Shown here one piece after another: positions 27,660-41,084 of a DNA stretch of 64,000 bases. The DNA is taken from assembly GCA_030248215.1 (NCBI GenBank), contig JASANG010000864.1, positions 310,001-374,000 of the forward strand. The letters run 5' to 3'. The stretch is from Enoplolaimus lenunculus. Lineage: Eukaryota. The stretch's first letter is position 1, and each line of letters begins with the position of its first letter. Under the pieces are notes generated by a model that was given only the letters and a program-made list of their open reading frames with translations, was not told the DNA's origin and ran no database searches. Made by a program: the position numbers and the translations under genes.

Positions 27660-28590
27660 ACAAGGTATATATGTCGTGCCCCAAACACCTATGTTTTGTC
27701 GAAACTGGTAGCTGTTAAGTTCCAAACAGTCCAAATATTGTCGAGCCAGCGAAGCCCAAACTGCTACTGTTTCACTTGTGTTAGGACTTCATAATATCTT
27801 CCAATTCTATGCTAAGACAGGTATATATGTCGTGCCTCAAACACCTATATATTAGTCTAAACTGGCAGCTGTTAAGGTACGAACAGTCCAAATATTGTCG
27901 AGCCAGGGAAGCCCAAACTGCTACTGTTTCACTTGTGTTAGGACTTCATAATATCTTCCAATTCTATGCTAAGACAGGTATATATGTCGTGCCTCAAACA
28001 CCTATATATTAGTCTAAACTGGCAGCTGTTAAGGTACGAACAGTCCAAATATTGTCGAGCCAGGGAAGCCCAAACTGCTACTGTTTCACTTGTGTTAGGA
28101 CTTCATAATATCTTCCAATTCTATGCTAAGACAGGTATATATGTCGTGCCTCAAACACCTATATATTAGTCTAAACTGGCAGCTGTTAAGGTACGAACAG
28201 TCCAAATATTGTCGAGCCAGGGAAGCCCAAACTGCTACTGTTTCACTTGTGTTAGGACTTCATAATATCTTCCAATTCTATGCTAAGACAGGTATATATG
28301 TCGTGCCTCAAACACCTATATATTAGTCTAAACTGGCAGCTGTTAAGGTACGAACAGTCCAAATATTGTCGAGCCAGGGAAGCCCAAACTGCTACTGTTT
28401 CACTTGTGTTAGGACTTCATAATATCTTCCAATTCTATGCTAAGACAGGTATATATGTCGTGCCTCAAACACCTATATATTAGTCTAAACTGGCAGCTGT
28501 TAAGGTACGAACAGTCCAAATATTGTCGAGCCAGGGAAGCCCAAACTGCTACTGTTTCACTTGTGTTAGGACTTCATAATATCTTCCAAT
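27660..28590. repeat. 157-bp tandem satellite, about 6 copies
   Basis: Identical ORFs recur every 157 bp (27809, 27966, 28123, 28280, 28437); the first copy is diverged. Confidence 0.96.
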
Positions 28591-29370
28591 TGCAATGCAC
28601 ATTTATGCCTAAACGTAAAGTATTCTGAAATTTTTATAAACATATCTAAATACAATGTATACACATGTATATATTTGGTTTTGTTGATGTCTTCAGATGT
28701 AAGGGTACATACGTATGGATGTGCGGTCCAGGTCAAAAAGCGAGACCCAACTACCGATACTGAGCCTTCTTTGTCTCGGCCAACCGTTACCATGAATAAA
28801 GTATGCTCAGAATTGCCGGATAATTTATAACACAAAAAAATTCACATCTAAAAATCAATAAATGCAATTGACATCCGTTTATAATTGTGAATGCTGAGCA
28901 TAAAAACGCAAACTTGTTTTTCCCTTAGTCTCGGTTTGAAATCTACCAAAACTCAAAAACACGAGACTGACACCAGCTAAATACTGAGACTTGCCGAGAC
29001 CACGACTGCACATCTCTGGTGGGGGTGCGATCCAAATTATGATAGTTGTATTTTAGTTCATGACTTAAATTTTGTCCTTGATGATTTTGAATACGTAATG
29101 GAAATTTCATATGTCAACTGAATACATTTTTATTTAGTTATGATGGCTTAAAAATACACATCAAATAATCTTCCATAATACAGATTACTCTACAGTTGCA
29201 CCATAACGCCACGTCGAGCACAAAATAAAGTTCATTCTGTCTTTCGTACACAGAGCCAAATCTTTCAGTTTGTTGTAAAATTCGACACGACGATTTGAAA
29301 CTTCCTTCCAAACTATAGTCTGTAACGAGAACCACTGACCAGACATCGTTAATCTATTGAGCAGGGATCA

Positions 29371-31694
29371 TTAACGTCCGGACCGAATTTCATTACTAGC
29401 ATCAACCAATCTGCTCAACAACGTCATTAAATCGGTGTCTTGAGCTGACGGTGAGTCTTGTCTTGACGAACCCGGGTTGCCATACCCAGACTGCCTTTGC
29501 CCACCAAAACCTGCATTCCCACCATTTTCATCATCACTATCGGACAAAACTACCGTTTCTATTTGCCGCTCCGGTTTTGATACTAATACACGGCTACCAG
29601 CGTCGTTAACGAACATATCTGCCCCAGGCGCATACTCTTCAGCGCGCGGTGGGGCACCATAAGACTTCGCATACGCAAACCTCTTTTGTCCACTATGTCC
29701 AGTGTCCACAAGACTATCATTCGACAAAACTCCCGTTTCCATCTCGCGATACGACTTCGATACTGGTATCCGGCTATCAGTTCCGTCAGTGAACATATCC
29801 ACTGTCGGAGCGTATTCTTCCGGTCGTGGTGGGGCGCCATAAGTTGGTACCTCTGTTGCGTACCCTGACACAGAAGATGCTTGTTGCATCATATTTGGAT
29901 CGGCGGCACGTGACGTCATAAACGCAGCAGCCATTGACCGGCCGTCGCCAGTAGTGGGCACTGACGACGGCTCATAAACGCCACCGCTACTGTGACCACC
30001 AGTTGTTAACTGTTGAAAGACAGTCGTGGCGTTAGCGTTGTGGGCGCTAATGAAAACAGATGACAAATTAGTTCCGGGAGGTGGCACGCCGCCAATTGTT
30101 TCCAATAGCGTCGGTCCACTGCCAAACGGCCAGTCAGATCCAGCCCGACGGACACTTGAATCTATATCTGACAACACATCGCCAACCGTCGTCGTCTGCT
30201 CGCTTAGTCTTCCCGACATAAACCCTGACGTTTGTTGCTCGTTGGAAATTGGCATAAACTCGGCGGCAGTCGATGACTGAGAAAAATTTGACAAATATCC
30301 AGCCTGACTGCGACTGATGGGTTCATCAGACTGGCGATACGTACTTGAACTCAGGCACTGAGCATAGCTGGAACAGGAAGCGTTCGCCGAGGTAGTCGGT
30401 TGGGTTTCGAACGTCTTTAGTAATTCTTTTGCCATCAAATGGACCGCGTTATTGTCACGAGGCAAGAAATTCGATTTGCTCGCCGCCACAGACCCGCTGA
30501 TAGTATCCAACCTAAAACTACCTTGATCGCTCCAAAACGGATCGGCTCCGGAATCACCAAAATTCCTTCCCGTCTCTGCCGGCGGTTTCGTGGCTGTTTC
30601 AGAGCGCCACTGAGCACTCAAATCCGCTGGTGGCCCTGCTCCGCCAAGACCTTTCGGAAACGGACCGTTTCCGCCAGCGTATTTCGTACTCGACGAACCA
30701 ACCTCGTTCGCTATACTATTCAGCAACCGCGCAAACTCATCATCACTACTCGCTGTTGGTGCTGCTGTGTTCGTTGTTGACTCCAGTAAACTTGCCACAC
30801 CAACAACGTCACCAGTTCCAATTTTTTTCCGTTCATCGGTGCCCAATTGTTGCCGACGACCAGCTGCGATTCGTTTTGGCGAATCACCGCCGTCGTGACT
30901 ACCGCGACGGCGGCGACGACCATCGTCATCTCCTGCGTTGCCGCTGTTGCGATCAGCCGATCCATGGCGGCGATCACTGTGACGACGTACCAACAGCGAC
31001 GGCGGCGACCGAGATCGCGATCGTCTGCGACGCCGCTGTTCTTGCGCGCCGCCACCGCTGACGCCGTCGTTTCGACGCTCACGCGATTTATGATCTTCGC
31101 TACTGGACGCGCGACCACTGCGACCAGTCAAATCGTTTTTACCGCGAGTCGCATCGACGATATCCTTGTTGTTGTTGTTGTTGCTCGCTTTAGTATCAGC
31201 CGGCGATCTTGAGCCAGTCGTTATCGGATACAAATTACATATCGTACACTGTTTATTATTCGGCAACCCGCCAGGTGTTGACGATCCCTTCCCAATCGCG
31301 CGTACTGGATCCGTAAACAGTCCGCACCGGGTATCAATATTATCGGTGTAGTAAATTTCGACCCATACCTTACGGTTGATTTCGTAGCGTACCAGGGTTG
31401 ACGGATCATCTCGTGGGTCATGTGACATCGACAGAAAAATGTTATCGTATTTGTTCAGTTCAACCAAATGTTCGTCACAAAAGCGGTCCGCCTCCGATCC
31501 GCGCAGGGTAATCACGACGGTGACGTAGTGTGGTTGATAAGTACAATAGAAATCGGCGAAATACAGTCGTGTGTCTTCGTGAAATATGCGCGCTGCGTCG
31601 ATCACAAACCGGTGTGTGCCGTACAGCGAGTACTGTGGCAGTCCACCGCGGCCTTTTTCAAGCCGAGCCGAAAAGAACAGGCCTTCGATTTCGT
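29371..31694 (-). CDS. PHYHIPL: PHYHIP-like terminal exon (C-domain plus about 615-aa extension)
   Basis: TTTCAG acceptor (31700-31695), open frame to TAA at 29371, PHYHIP C-domain motifs in the first ~155 codons. Confidence 0.9.
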
Positions 31695-33391
31695 CTGAAA
31701 GTGTTAATAACTCAAATTTCAACCGACTGGGGGGGCATAATATTATTAAAGTTTAGTCCGTGACTCGGTAACAACAATAACTTCAGTTCAATTGAATTGC
31801 TCTTTGAAATCATAATTAGCATCGCACTGTATCCAGTCCAGACAAATCTACGGGAAACTTTCCATGTGACAGTGGTGAAAAATTCCTGAGCAACACAGGG
31901 AAAAAAGCAGTTGGGCATGGGATATAAAAAACGGTGTCTTTGGCCGAGAATGCAGACTGCTGCAGTTTCGGAAACAGCCATCGCTCGTCGTATCTGTCAG
32001 AATTGTGGCACGTGCATCTGTAAAGACAAACTGTCAATATGATGTTCTACGTCGACGCATAAGGCGGAACCAAACAACAACCATGACAAATATCAGAGAA
32101 AGAAACACTAATATCTCGTTGGTGATTTTCAACAGGGTAGCAACAACTTTTGAACGATCGGAATACAACAACGTCCGACAACTACTATTGTTCGGCATTT
32201 TGGCATTGAGATTTAAACAGACTTAATTTTTTTGGGAAACGTTTAAGCATTTGCACTTTTAGACCTGAATCTATATTTCCAGTAACTGCTCCTATCAGTA
32301 TGAATAGATTTTTCAAAGTCAAGGTTAGGATCGTGAATTAAATTCGGATTCGGAAACGGTGCAATGACTTATTTCAGTGCCACATTGGGTTTCAACAGTT
32401 GCATTGCATCAACGGAAATTAAAACCATAAACGTTGCGTGAAATACGTAAATATAATTAGTTTGCCAATCAAATAGATCACTGTTTGACAAATCACTTTT
32501 CCACATTTTACTCCGCTGTGTACTACTAAACAATGTCGGTACAACTGCTTAATTCGAAAATCAACAGTACAACATCGGTTATCTGCAATTCTGTTATATT
32601 TTACAGCGAGCAAAATCCAGCAAACGAGCATACTTGAGAAAACGGCTACGTTTCGACGGAACCTGGTATTCGCAGGCACCCTAAACGGCTTAGGAGGTAG
32701 TGCGTCGTACCATTAAACATCAGGTATACTGTAGACATATTTGAGTTCAGTTCAACTTTCGTTACGATACAGCGACACAAAACCGCTGATACGACAAGCG
32801 ATGGCTAGCAGCACACAATTTCGTTCAAGTACACATCTGTAAGACAACGGAAGGCAAACACTGCGGGTTAAGGTTTAACTCTCTAAGACATACCATTGGT
32901 CAATTTAAGCTCACAAAATTAAATAGTTGTCATATACGTATATATCTATATACGTCACTGGTTCGTGTTCAACTCAATTCCAAACCAATATATATCTGTT
33001 TGGTGTGATTAAATAATATTTACATAGGTGCAACAGATCTAGCGGCATTTGAATATACTGGCATTTGAATATACAGGATTTCAATTAAAAAACTTGAATT
33101 TATAGTGTACGTTCAATCATGATACGCATCGGCGTTAGGCGTAACGTTATTTACACATATTCAACTAGGACATGAACAAAACGTCGTATTTTTGTTTCGC
33201 ATCAATCGTGCATTATGGATCCGATATCACACAAGCTCAAATATATAACAAACTTTGATTTCACTTGCCTTGCCAGCTGTGTTGCGAAAGCAATTATTTA
33301 TTCAAAACACAGCCTTGTCTTCCGTTCAAAAGCTCATTTATGCGATTACTTTGCAGACACCTTTACCACACCAGAACTAATTCTATATATA

Positions 33392-33446
<55 letters not shown>

Positions 33447-36400
33447 AATATATATAAACATAAATATCAGGGTGCAACCGGAATTCCGGTTCCGGCATTT
33501 TTTCACCTTCCGGTTCCGGTAAATTTTTACCGGATTTAAAAATTCCGGTATTATAATTTGGCCGTTTTCTTAACTTTGTTAATTTTTAGGAATGTCTTTT
33601 GAAAGCCACTTGTACTCCGAATATAAGCCATTGATGGTGGATTTCACTTCAGTCGATGATGAAAATCTAAAATACAACAAATAAAATAAATACCTATGTT
33701 CGACTACGGTTATTTCACAAATAATAGAGCAAAAAATAAGATTAAAATGAAATTTTTGGTGAAATGCATTTTTCACTTTCCGGTTCCGTAAAATTTTCAA
33801 ATTCCGGTTCCGGTAAATTGTAATTCCGGTTGCACCCTGATATATATATAAGCTTAAGACAAAAAAAGTTTATCAGAATCGGTCCACTGGTTCCTGAGAT
33901 GGTATGGGACGGATTTAGATGCACCATTCGACTCGCGGACGGCAACACATAAACGCTGCACAAGGCTCCGACTCACTTCGTTCAAGAAAAAAGCAGAAAC
34001 AAACCGTGAAACAATTTTCAGAACACACAATAAAACGCAATGTGCAAATAATGCAGGATATACGATTGCAGCTTCCCTCAAGTATACCGTTCCTCGCAAT
34101 TGTAAGCCTGGTTATAATCCGTTGTTTATATGCAGCCTAGCCATAACTTCACAACCACAACGTGTAGAAAGACTCTGACAGACAGACATACATTGAACAA
34201 TTCCATGCGACGTGTATGAAGAGTATGGAATTTACATACGTTTAGGTCACCAATACATAGCGCCTACAACTAACGAGCATCCAATACCTGAACGAATGAC
34301 AATATATGTCATTAAACATCCATCAATCTGCCACAACTTACCACCAATTATTTGGTTCGTCGAGACGTACCTGCAATGGAGAAGGAAAACTGGACGACGC
34401 GAAACGCAATCCATCGCCACACAATACCTCCATACGCAGAAGGGGATTGGAACTAGGCAATCCATATTTTCTGCCTTAATTTCTTAGCGTTGCACATATA
34501 TCTGACCTGGATTTCTTTAACTTCTTACGACTAAGCCCAAAACATATGGTACATTATGTTCTATAAAGAAACTGACATGAGGTATAAGAATTCGCCACCA
34601 AGCACACAACCAATGAAAACAAACACGGAAGCACAGCGATCCGGAGTTCCAACACAGCAAAATTGACTGAAATCGACCGATAATGAGAGCAACGTTGTTC
34701 TCAAAATATCGCATCATGAGACTATTGTACTAACCTAACACATACGATGAATGGACACACAATTACTACGACCAATCCGTGCTAACAGCGAAATTTCCAA
34801 GCTTAAGAAACTGTGAAACCACTGGAAAAACAGGATTGCATGATGAATGACGATGCCCAAAATAACCAAATGGTACCACAAACATCAAGGATCCTGGACC
34901 ATCTTTAAATGAAGAATATCGTTCAACTAAAAATCAAATAACACATAACGTATTATTACTAAACGTTCATACATATTTGACACCCATTAATGTTGACTGT
35001 TTACGCAAGTGGGGTGAAAATTTAATGCCAATTTATATAAGTAGTATGTTCCAAATGTCTTGGCTACATAAAAAATTACATAAAGAATAATTTTGATTTC
35101 GTAAAAATACTAAAATTTATTCTGCTCTTAAATTTTGAAGGTCGCTTAACAATTTTAGGCCACTTGTGGGTATTAAACTGTTATTAGCATCAAGCTTACA
35201 TAAAAAAACACAAAACATAAATTTTATTTGGCATGATATAGCAATGAAAAAACAGTTCGCAGAACGTAGTGGTCTTGCTTGCATTTTTTTATGTCGCGTC
35301 ACCTCATTTGTTCCAGCTGACAACCAAGTCGTCCCAAACGCCAATTGTTGCCCAGCACAGACAAAACATCAATAGAAAGCAAATGATTTGAAACCCCAGA
35401 TGGCAACTACATATGCCTAGGTATGTATGTATGTATGTCTAGGAAGTTTTCTTATGGGACAGAGTAATAGAAATAACACTAATCTCATGCTGTAAATATA
35501 ATCCTAAAAATTTAAATTACTATATTAAATAACACTAAGCATATAAACCTTAAACGTCATTAAAAATAAACATACACAGATAATATCGTACATCAGGAAG
35601 CAAAAAAACTGGAAACTGTACATAACTAATCCGAATTTAAAATTCAAGCAAGAAATCGGCTAAAAATAAGACAAATTTCAGCTATTAATTAACCAGTCAA
35701 AACAGTACATAGGAATCTGAATTAATAAAATTTGTCCAAAATGTTACAAAAATTTTTGCAGCAGCTGCACTAAAAAGAAAAATTCATGAATCAAAATACG
35801 TAAATTCAAATTCATAAACCGGAATACGTACATTCAAATTCATAACAGATAACAGTTTCTTTTTAAAACTTAACACACATGCACTACTTGAGGCGTTAAG
35901 TCACATGTCACCTACCTGTTACACAATAGTTTTTTCTAAAAAGGCATATTGCGAACGCTGCAAGCTGTGGTAAAAGCAACTGAATAGAAGCCAATACGCC
36001 AGCATTATAACCCAATAACCAAGAAACTGACCAATGGTTCAAAGGTATCAGCTAAATTTATCTAACATACACGTAAGTACTCGACAAAATTTGAAACTAA
36101 TAAGTCACAAGTAATTGGTTATCAGCCAGTTCAGATAGTATCGCACCAAAATTCCTGAATATTGGTCAAAGCAACAAAGCCTTATCTGATCTGAAAACAG
36201 TACTTTTTTCCTTACAATTGGCATAATTTCAAACAGCAAGGTCAACGTACCATTAATCGGAGAACCTGGCTGCCCGTTTGCGTCTTTCATATATTTATAC
36301 ATAATGCGGTTGTCACGTTCGACTTGTTCCCAGTAAAACGGCGGTTTATTGCGATAGAAGACTTTGAACGTTTCTTTATCCGGTTTCACAAACCCTTCTG

Positions 36401-39400
36401 CACGATGATAAAGCTCTAGCATTTCACTACGATTTAGTACTAAAATAAAAATACGATGATGCCAAAACTCCAACAAGCTTTATAAACAACGAAGTATGCG
36501 TACGAAACAGTCTAATCTACCCATTCGAAAACGCCAAATATTTCATACGCTACTGTTAAGGTGGCGCTACACTTATCGTGCAGCGCCGTCCGTCGCTGTC
36601 CAGCATCGTACGGTGTCGCAAACGAGTAATTCACGTACGATACCGCACGATAACGGACAGTAACGGCAGACGCCGGAAGACATTAAAATTTTTAAACAAT
36701 ATAGCGTCATCCTAACCTTCATTTTGAAAAATTGTATAGTTCCGCCTACAGGGTGCAACCGGAAATACAATTTACCGGAACCTGAATAATTACCGGACAC
36801 CGAAATGGACAATAAATACATGCCACCGAAAAATCTATTTTAATTTTCTATTTTGCTACGTATATTATGGTAAAATATCCCTAGTTGGAGATAGGTATTC
36901 ACTTTATCAGCTGTATTTTAGATTTTCATAATCCACGGAAGCGAAACATATCTGCGACGGTTTATTTTCGGTGATTGACAAGTTTGCATACTATACTAAT
37001 GATATCTATTTAATTTTTATCGTCATTTTTTAGTAAAATATCTTAATTTCCACTGACCAAAATTTAATACCGGATGTTTTAATTCCGGTTAAAATTTACC
37101 GGAACTGAAATGTGAAAAAATGCTGTAACCGGAATTCCGGTTGCACCTTGTCGCCTACATATCCCCTAATGTGATACAAATAACACAATATAATTTCGGT
37201 AAGCTGAGCTAAGTAGCGGTTTTATAAACTAAACTAGACCAGTGCTTAGATATTACACTAATGAAGAACCATTTACATTGAGTCACACAAACTTACTAGA
37301 CTTGAATTTGGTCGAGCTTCGGGTTAGCAATTTTTTCGTCTTTGAGCACATTGCAGACACCGTTACTTCGTACCAAGTGCCTGGTTCGACCTGTCAAATT
37401 GATAACACACAACACATTTTCATAACATTGACAAGAATTTAGTACTTTCATGGTTAACTTAATTCAATATAACCGTCTGAATTTTTTATCTAGTACTTTT
37501 CAGTTATAAATATCCGGCAATGTTGAACACCAAAATCGGACATGGATTTTTGCCCAAGCCGATTATTGCAACGCACCCTGTACAATGTCACAGGACAAAG
37601 TTGCCATGGATACCATTAAAATAGTTTCTACTGAAGTGAAGCAGTTAAAAATTACATAAGATGTAATAACAAGTTCAGTATACCAAGAAAACAGGTAGCC
37701 ATACTCGAAAACGGTAATTCGTTTAATTTTCTGCAATTTTTAAACAATTTTTCCAGTGCATTTTGATTCGATGTATTTTGCTACGGAATGTTTTCAGAAT
37801 AGAAAAACTACATCATTTGCAATCACAATAGTAATTTTATAACGTTAAGCAACGTTTTGTAGCTCACCGATGTGTTCCTTAACTCACCTTCATTTTACAA
37901 CTGGTCTTGTAGAAAGGAAACTCAATTTCAACTTTCTTATGTCCACTAATCGACACCAAATAATAATACTGTGTATCTGTAAGTAACGAAACATAATGAA
38001 AACAAATATATACAATATATCCTCGAAACCTCCTGCGAGTGAAAAACGAAGTTATATGGACATCAATGATTACTCACGGTTCTACCACATTAAAAACGTG
38101 TCGATTCTAAACAATAAATCCGATGTGTGCGCCATCTGAATGCAGTAATTGAAATGCGACGAAGTACATAATAATATTAAAAATAATAAACGAAGATTTC
38201 ATAACTTACTTAGCAAATCGGGTCGCGTCCATGTGACGTTCGCTTCAATACTTGAAACATCCGTACTGATCTTGATTGACGACTTTAATTCTATAAAGAA
38301 ATCAATAGCAAATAATTATTGCATTCTCCATAGTTAAAATAAGAAAAACCCAGCGAATCCTGAATGGTTGTAGTTCCCAGCCAATTGCTAGGTTTCTGAA
38401 ACCCCACTTAAGTACAACTTCGTTGAGCGAAGCCGCGAAGCGTTTTATGCTTTGTACTGTAAGGACGAAAGCAGGATGTCCGTCTGTCCGTCCAAAGAGA
38501 ATCTCAGGAACGGCCGAACCGACTTTGATAAACTTTTTTTGTTCGAAAGCCTATCACCCTGGGGTGTTAACCTCGTATTGGTATTTTAAAATTTTAAGCT
38601 GTTTATTACCTACAGGCTAATTTGCATAATTATTTAAGCCTAAATAATGACTTTCTACATTATTTCAATAATTATTACAATTACAAGCAATCTAATTTCA
38701 GCATTAAAGGGTTTTGGGTGCGAGGAATCTGTATACTGTTTACAAACCTCCAGAACCGATAATTGAGTAGTTAGCTAATAGATAATTTGCATATTAGCAT
38801 AGTTAATAAGCCTAAAATAGGCGTTTTTACAATATTTCACTAATTATTAGGGTTACAAGCAATCTAATTTCAGCAAGAAGGGGTTTTTGGGTACGAGGAA
38901 TCAGAATAAATTGTCTACAAAACCTCAAAATCGATAATTGAATAGTTAGATAATATCTAATTTGCATATTAGCTTAATTGACAAACAAAATTAGGACTTT
39001 TTAAATTATTTCAATAATTATTAGGGTGACTGAAGGGTTTTGGGTTCGAGGAATCTGAATAAATTGTTAACAAACCTCCAAAACCGATAAATTTGCACAT
39101 TACCTTAATTGCTTACGTATGTTCGAGCTTCGCTCAGTAAATATAGTCCCACTACGACTGGTATTCAAATATGCGCCAAGCAATAACTTAAAAATCTATC
39201 GTTTCTAAAACCGTACTTAAGTTAAGTAAATACTTAAGTCAATGAGTAAATTTGGTGCATTCCAGATTACGAGTTCAGGCATATTAACTTTAGTCTAATT
39301 GAGATTCCAGACACAATGACAGGGTTTCTAAAATCTTACTTAAGTATTTACTTAAGCTATGCTTACGTACTTAAAAAGTTAAGTATTTCTTAAGTAATTA

Positions 39401-41084
39401 TTTAAGGACAACTTAGGTGAATACTTAAGTAAGATTTCGGAAACCCAGCCATTGTATGATTCTGCAATTTCTGCTGCAGTTTTTCCAATAGCATTCACTG
39501 TGGTAAATACGTTTAATTACAACAGACAAACGCAATTTACATACTTTTGCGAACTATACGAGACAATTTCCTACAGAAATTAAAGCGAAGAACGATCTTT
39601 TCCTTAGCAGAAATACGGCTGATGCCCATCGACTAACTTACTGTTTGCGTTTATTCCATAATACGAACAAAATGGCGGTTGATTTTGCTTATATTTTATT
39701 GCCATATTTTTATAAAACTTCATAATATTTTTTATTCATCAAATTGGCACGCATCAACTTGCACGTGCTACGAACAGAACAGGAACAGTATTCAGATTTT
39801 GGCAGAAAATTTTTGCTATACGTATAGCGTCAGATCATTTTCGCTATATATCATCAGTTCAACTCAAAGTTGAACTGATCATAGAATTAGAAACCAACCT
39901 GGCAATAACTGATTGTTTCGTCGAGAAGGTACTATCGAAAGCGACTGGTCAACAGACGCGCTAGTTTGCGGAACGGCATCAGTCACAGTTCCAGAATGCA
40001 ATCCGACGTTTGCAGTGGTCGTGTGCTGCTGTTTTAGGTGATTGTCGGCAAAAAGATCAGCCGTTTTATTGATTCGAGATAATCGTGACGACAACGCTTC
40101 TTGTTCTGTTGTGTCTCGTTGCTTCAACAGTATATAGAAATCAGCCTTTAACAGGCTACCAAAAAAATACCGGAACCACAGACGGAACCGAATATTTAAC
40201 TGCATATTTCAACATAAATGAAAGTTATTGGCGTTTCTCCTGTGGAGGGAGCGGTTGGTGGACCCCCACCCCAAGACCAAAGTCCCCCTCCACTCGGCAA
40301 ATTCACATAGGTTCAGCCCCCCACTCAAAAAATCACCCGTGTTCGCAATTTCATTTGAAAATTGTGGGACGGATGAGCGGTGCCAATGCAACAATGAATG
40401 TGCAAATTACTGTTCAAATATACCAGTGGCAATGCTTATCAGTTATATACTTTTTCGTTTGAGTAAGACCTTAAACTCTAAATCATTTTATTAAGCAAAC
40501 ATTTTGCTCAAAAAATTAAGTTTTCCAAAAAAATCGCAATTTTTGTCCCCCTAGCCGGGGCATTTCTTGAAAGACCAACCACCAGGCAAATCCCATTGGT
40601 TGAAGCAGGGGAGACCTCCGAAAGAGACCCCCCACTCGAGATTGCGCTAGCGAAATGTCACACTTATCCACGCTAATTTTGCACCAATTGCTATAATATG
40701 CTACAATTATGTTTTGCAAGAGTCTTCGTATTGTATTTCCATTCATTTTTACGTTACAGTATATCAAAGAAAAAACCTTGATTCGCCTCAATGTATCATC
40801 CGTCTACACAAAATATAGTTGTTTAGCAAATAAACATCTATTTTGACAAAATAAAATATCTCAACATCATGAATCAAGATATACACAAGCTCCAGTCATG
40901 ACAAGCCACAATTTCAAAATGTTCTAATTACACAACAAACATATCGTACGTACCTTATTAAGATCAGAATTCGAAGACCAGTACGGTGTGTGCCCGTGAA
41001 TGCGCGATGTGCCATTGACAAAGTCAGATCCAAACTGGTCAGTGACCCATGGCCCAAAATTACTTGAATGCTTTGGCCAAAACC
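29371..41084 (-). CDS. PHYHIPL: PHYHIP/PHYHIPL-family protein (FN3-like N-terminal region, PHYHIP C-domain, long low-complexity tail); 5' end unresolved
   Basis: Phase-consistent minus-strand exons: 41084-40954 (tentative), 40145-39899 (tentative), 38290-38210, 37976-37888, 37390-37297, 36439-36251, 31694-29371. PHYHIP motifs: VFYRNK, KDANGQPGSPIN-DEIEGLFFS, SLYGTHRF, LYFADFYC, HYVTVV, EIYYTDNID, CTICNL. Confidence 0.85.
33384..33456. repeat. (TA)n microsatellite
   Basis: Direct observation. Confidence 0.95.
33468..33839. mobile_element. hAT-type MITE
   Basis: TIR CAGGGTGCAACCGGAATT / AATTCCGGTTGCACCCTG; TSD ATAAATAT/ATATATAT; inverted homologue at about 36749-37150. Confidence 0.8.
36251..36439 (-). 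CDS. PHYHIPL: PHYHIP-like exon (LNRSEMLELYHRAEGF...FYRNKPPFYW...KDANGQPGSPIN)
   Basis: TTTTAG acceptor, GTACGT donor; matches the PHYHIP FYRN and KDNSGxxGSPI motifs. Confidence 0.9.
36749..37150. mobile_element. hAT-type MITE, same family as 33468-33839
   Basis: CAGGGTGCAACCGGAA...TTCCGGTTGCACCTTG with homologous interior. Confidence 0.75.
37297..37390 (-). CDS. PHYHIPL: PHYHIP-like exon, FN3-like (VEPGTWYEVTVSAMCSK)
   Basis: GACAG/GTAAGT boundaries; FN3-type PGTxYxVxVxA motif. Confidence 0.85.
37888..37976 (-). CDS. PHYHIPL: PHYHIP-like exon (TQYYYLVSISGHKKVEIEFPFYKTSCKMK)
   Basis: TTACAG/GTGAGT boundaries, phase-consistent with neighbours. Confidence 0.75.
38210..38290 (-). CDS. PHYHIPL: PHYHIP-like exon (LKSSIKISTDVSSIEANVTWTRPDLL)
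   Basis: TTATAG/GTAAGT boundaries; FN3-type VTW..P strand. Confidence 0.75.
38405..39180. mobile_element. Possible Helentron/DINE-like non-autonomous element
   Basis: GTCCGTCTGTCCGTCC microsatellite followed by ATCTCAGGAAC...CCGA...GATAAACTTTTTTTGT; internal tandem duplications; inverted homologous fragment at about 33855-33985. Confidence 0.4.
39899..40145 (-). CDS. Probable upstream exon of the PHYHIP-like gene
   Basis: Open frame with a GTTGGT donor in the right phase; acceptor uncertain; no recognisable motif. Confidence 0.5.
40954..41084 (-). CDS. Possible upstream exon of the PHYHIP-like gene (FWPKHSSNFGPWVTDQFG...NSDLNK)
   Basis: TTTGCAG acceptor, GTACGT donor, open and phase-compatible. 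Confidence 0.45.

Noticed and set aside
27809..28628. Five near-identical 63-67-aa ORFs
   Set aside because: By-product of the 157-bp tandem repeat; they overlap in rotating frames and show no protein motif.
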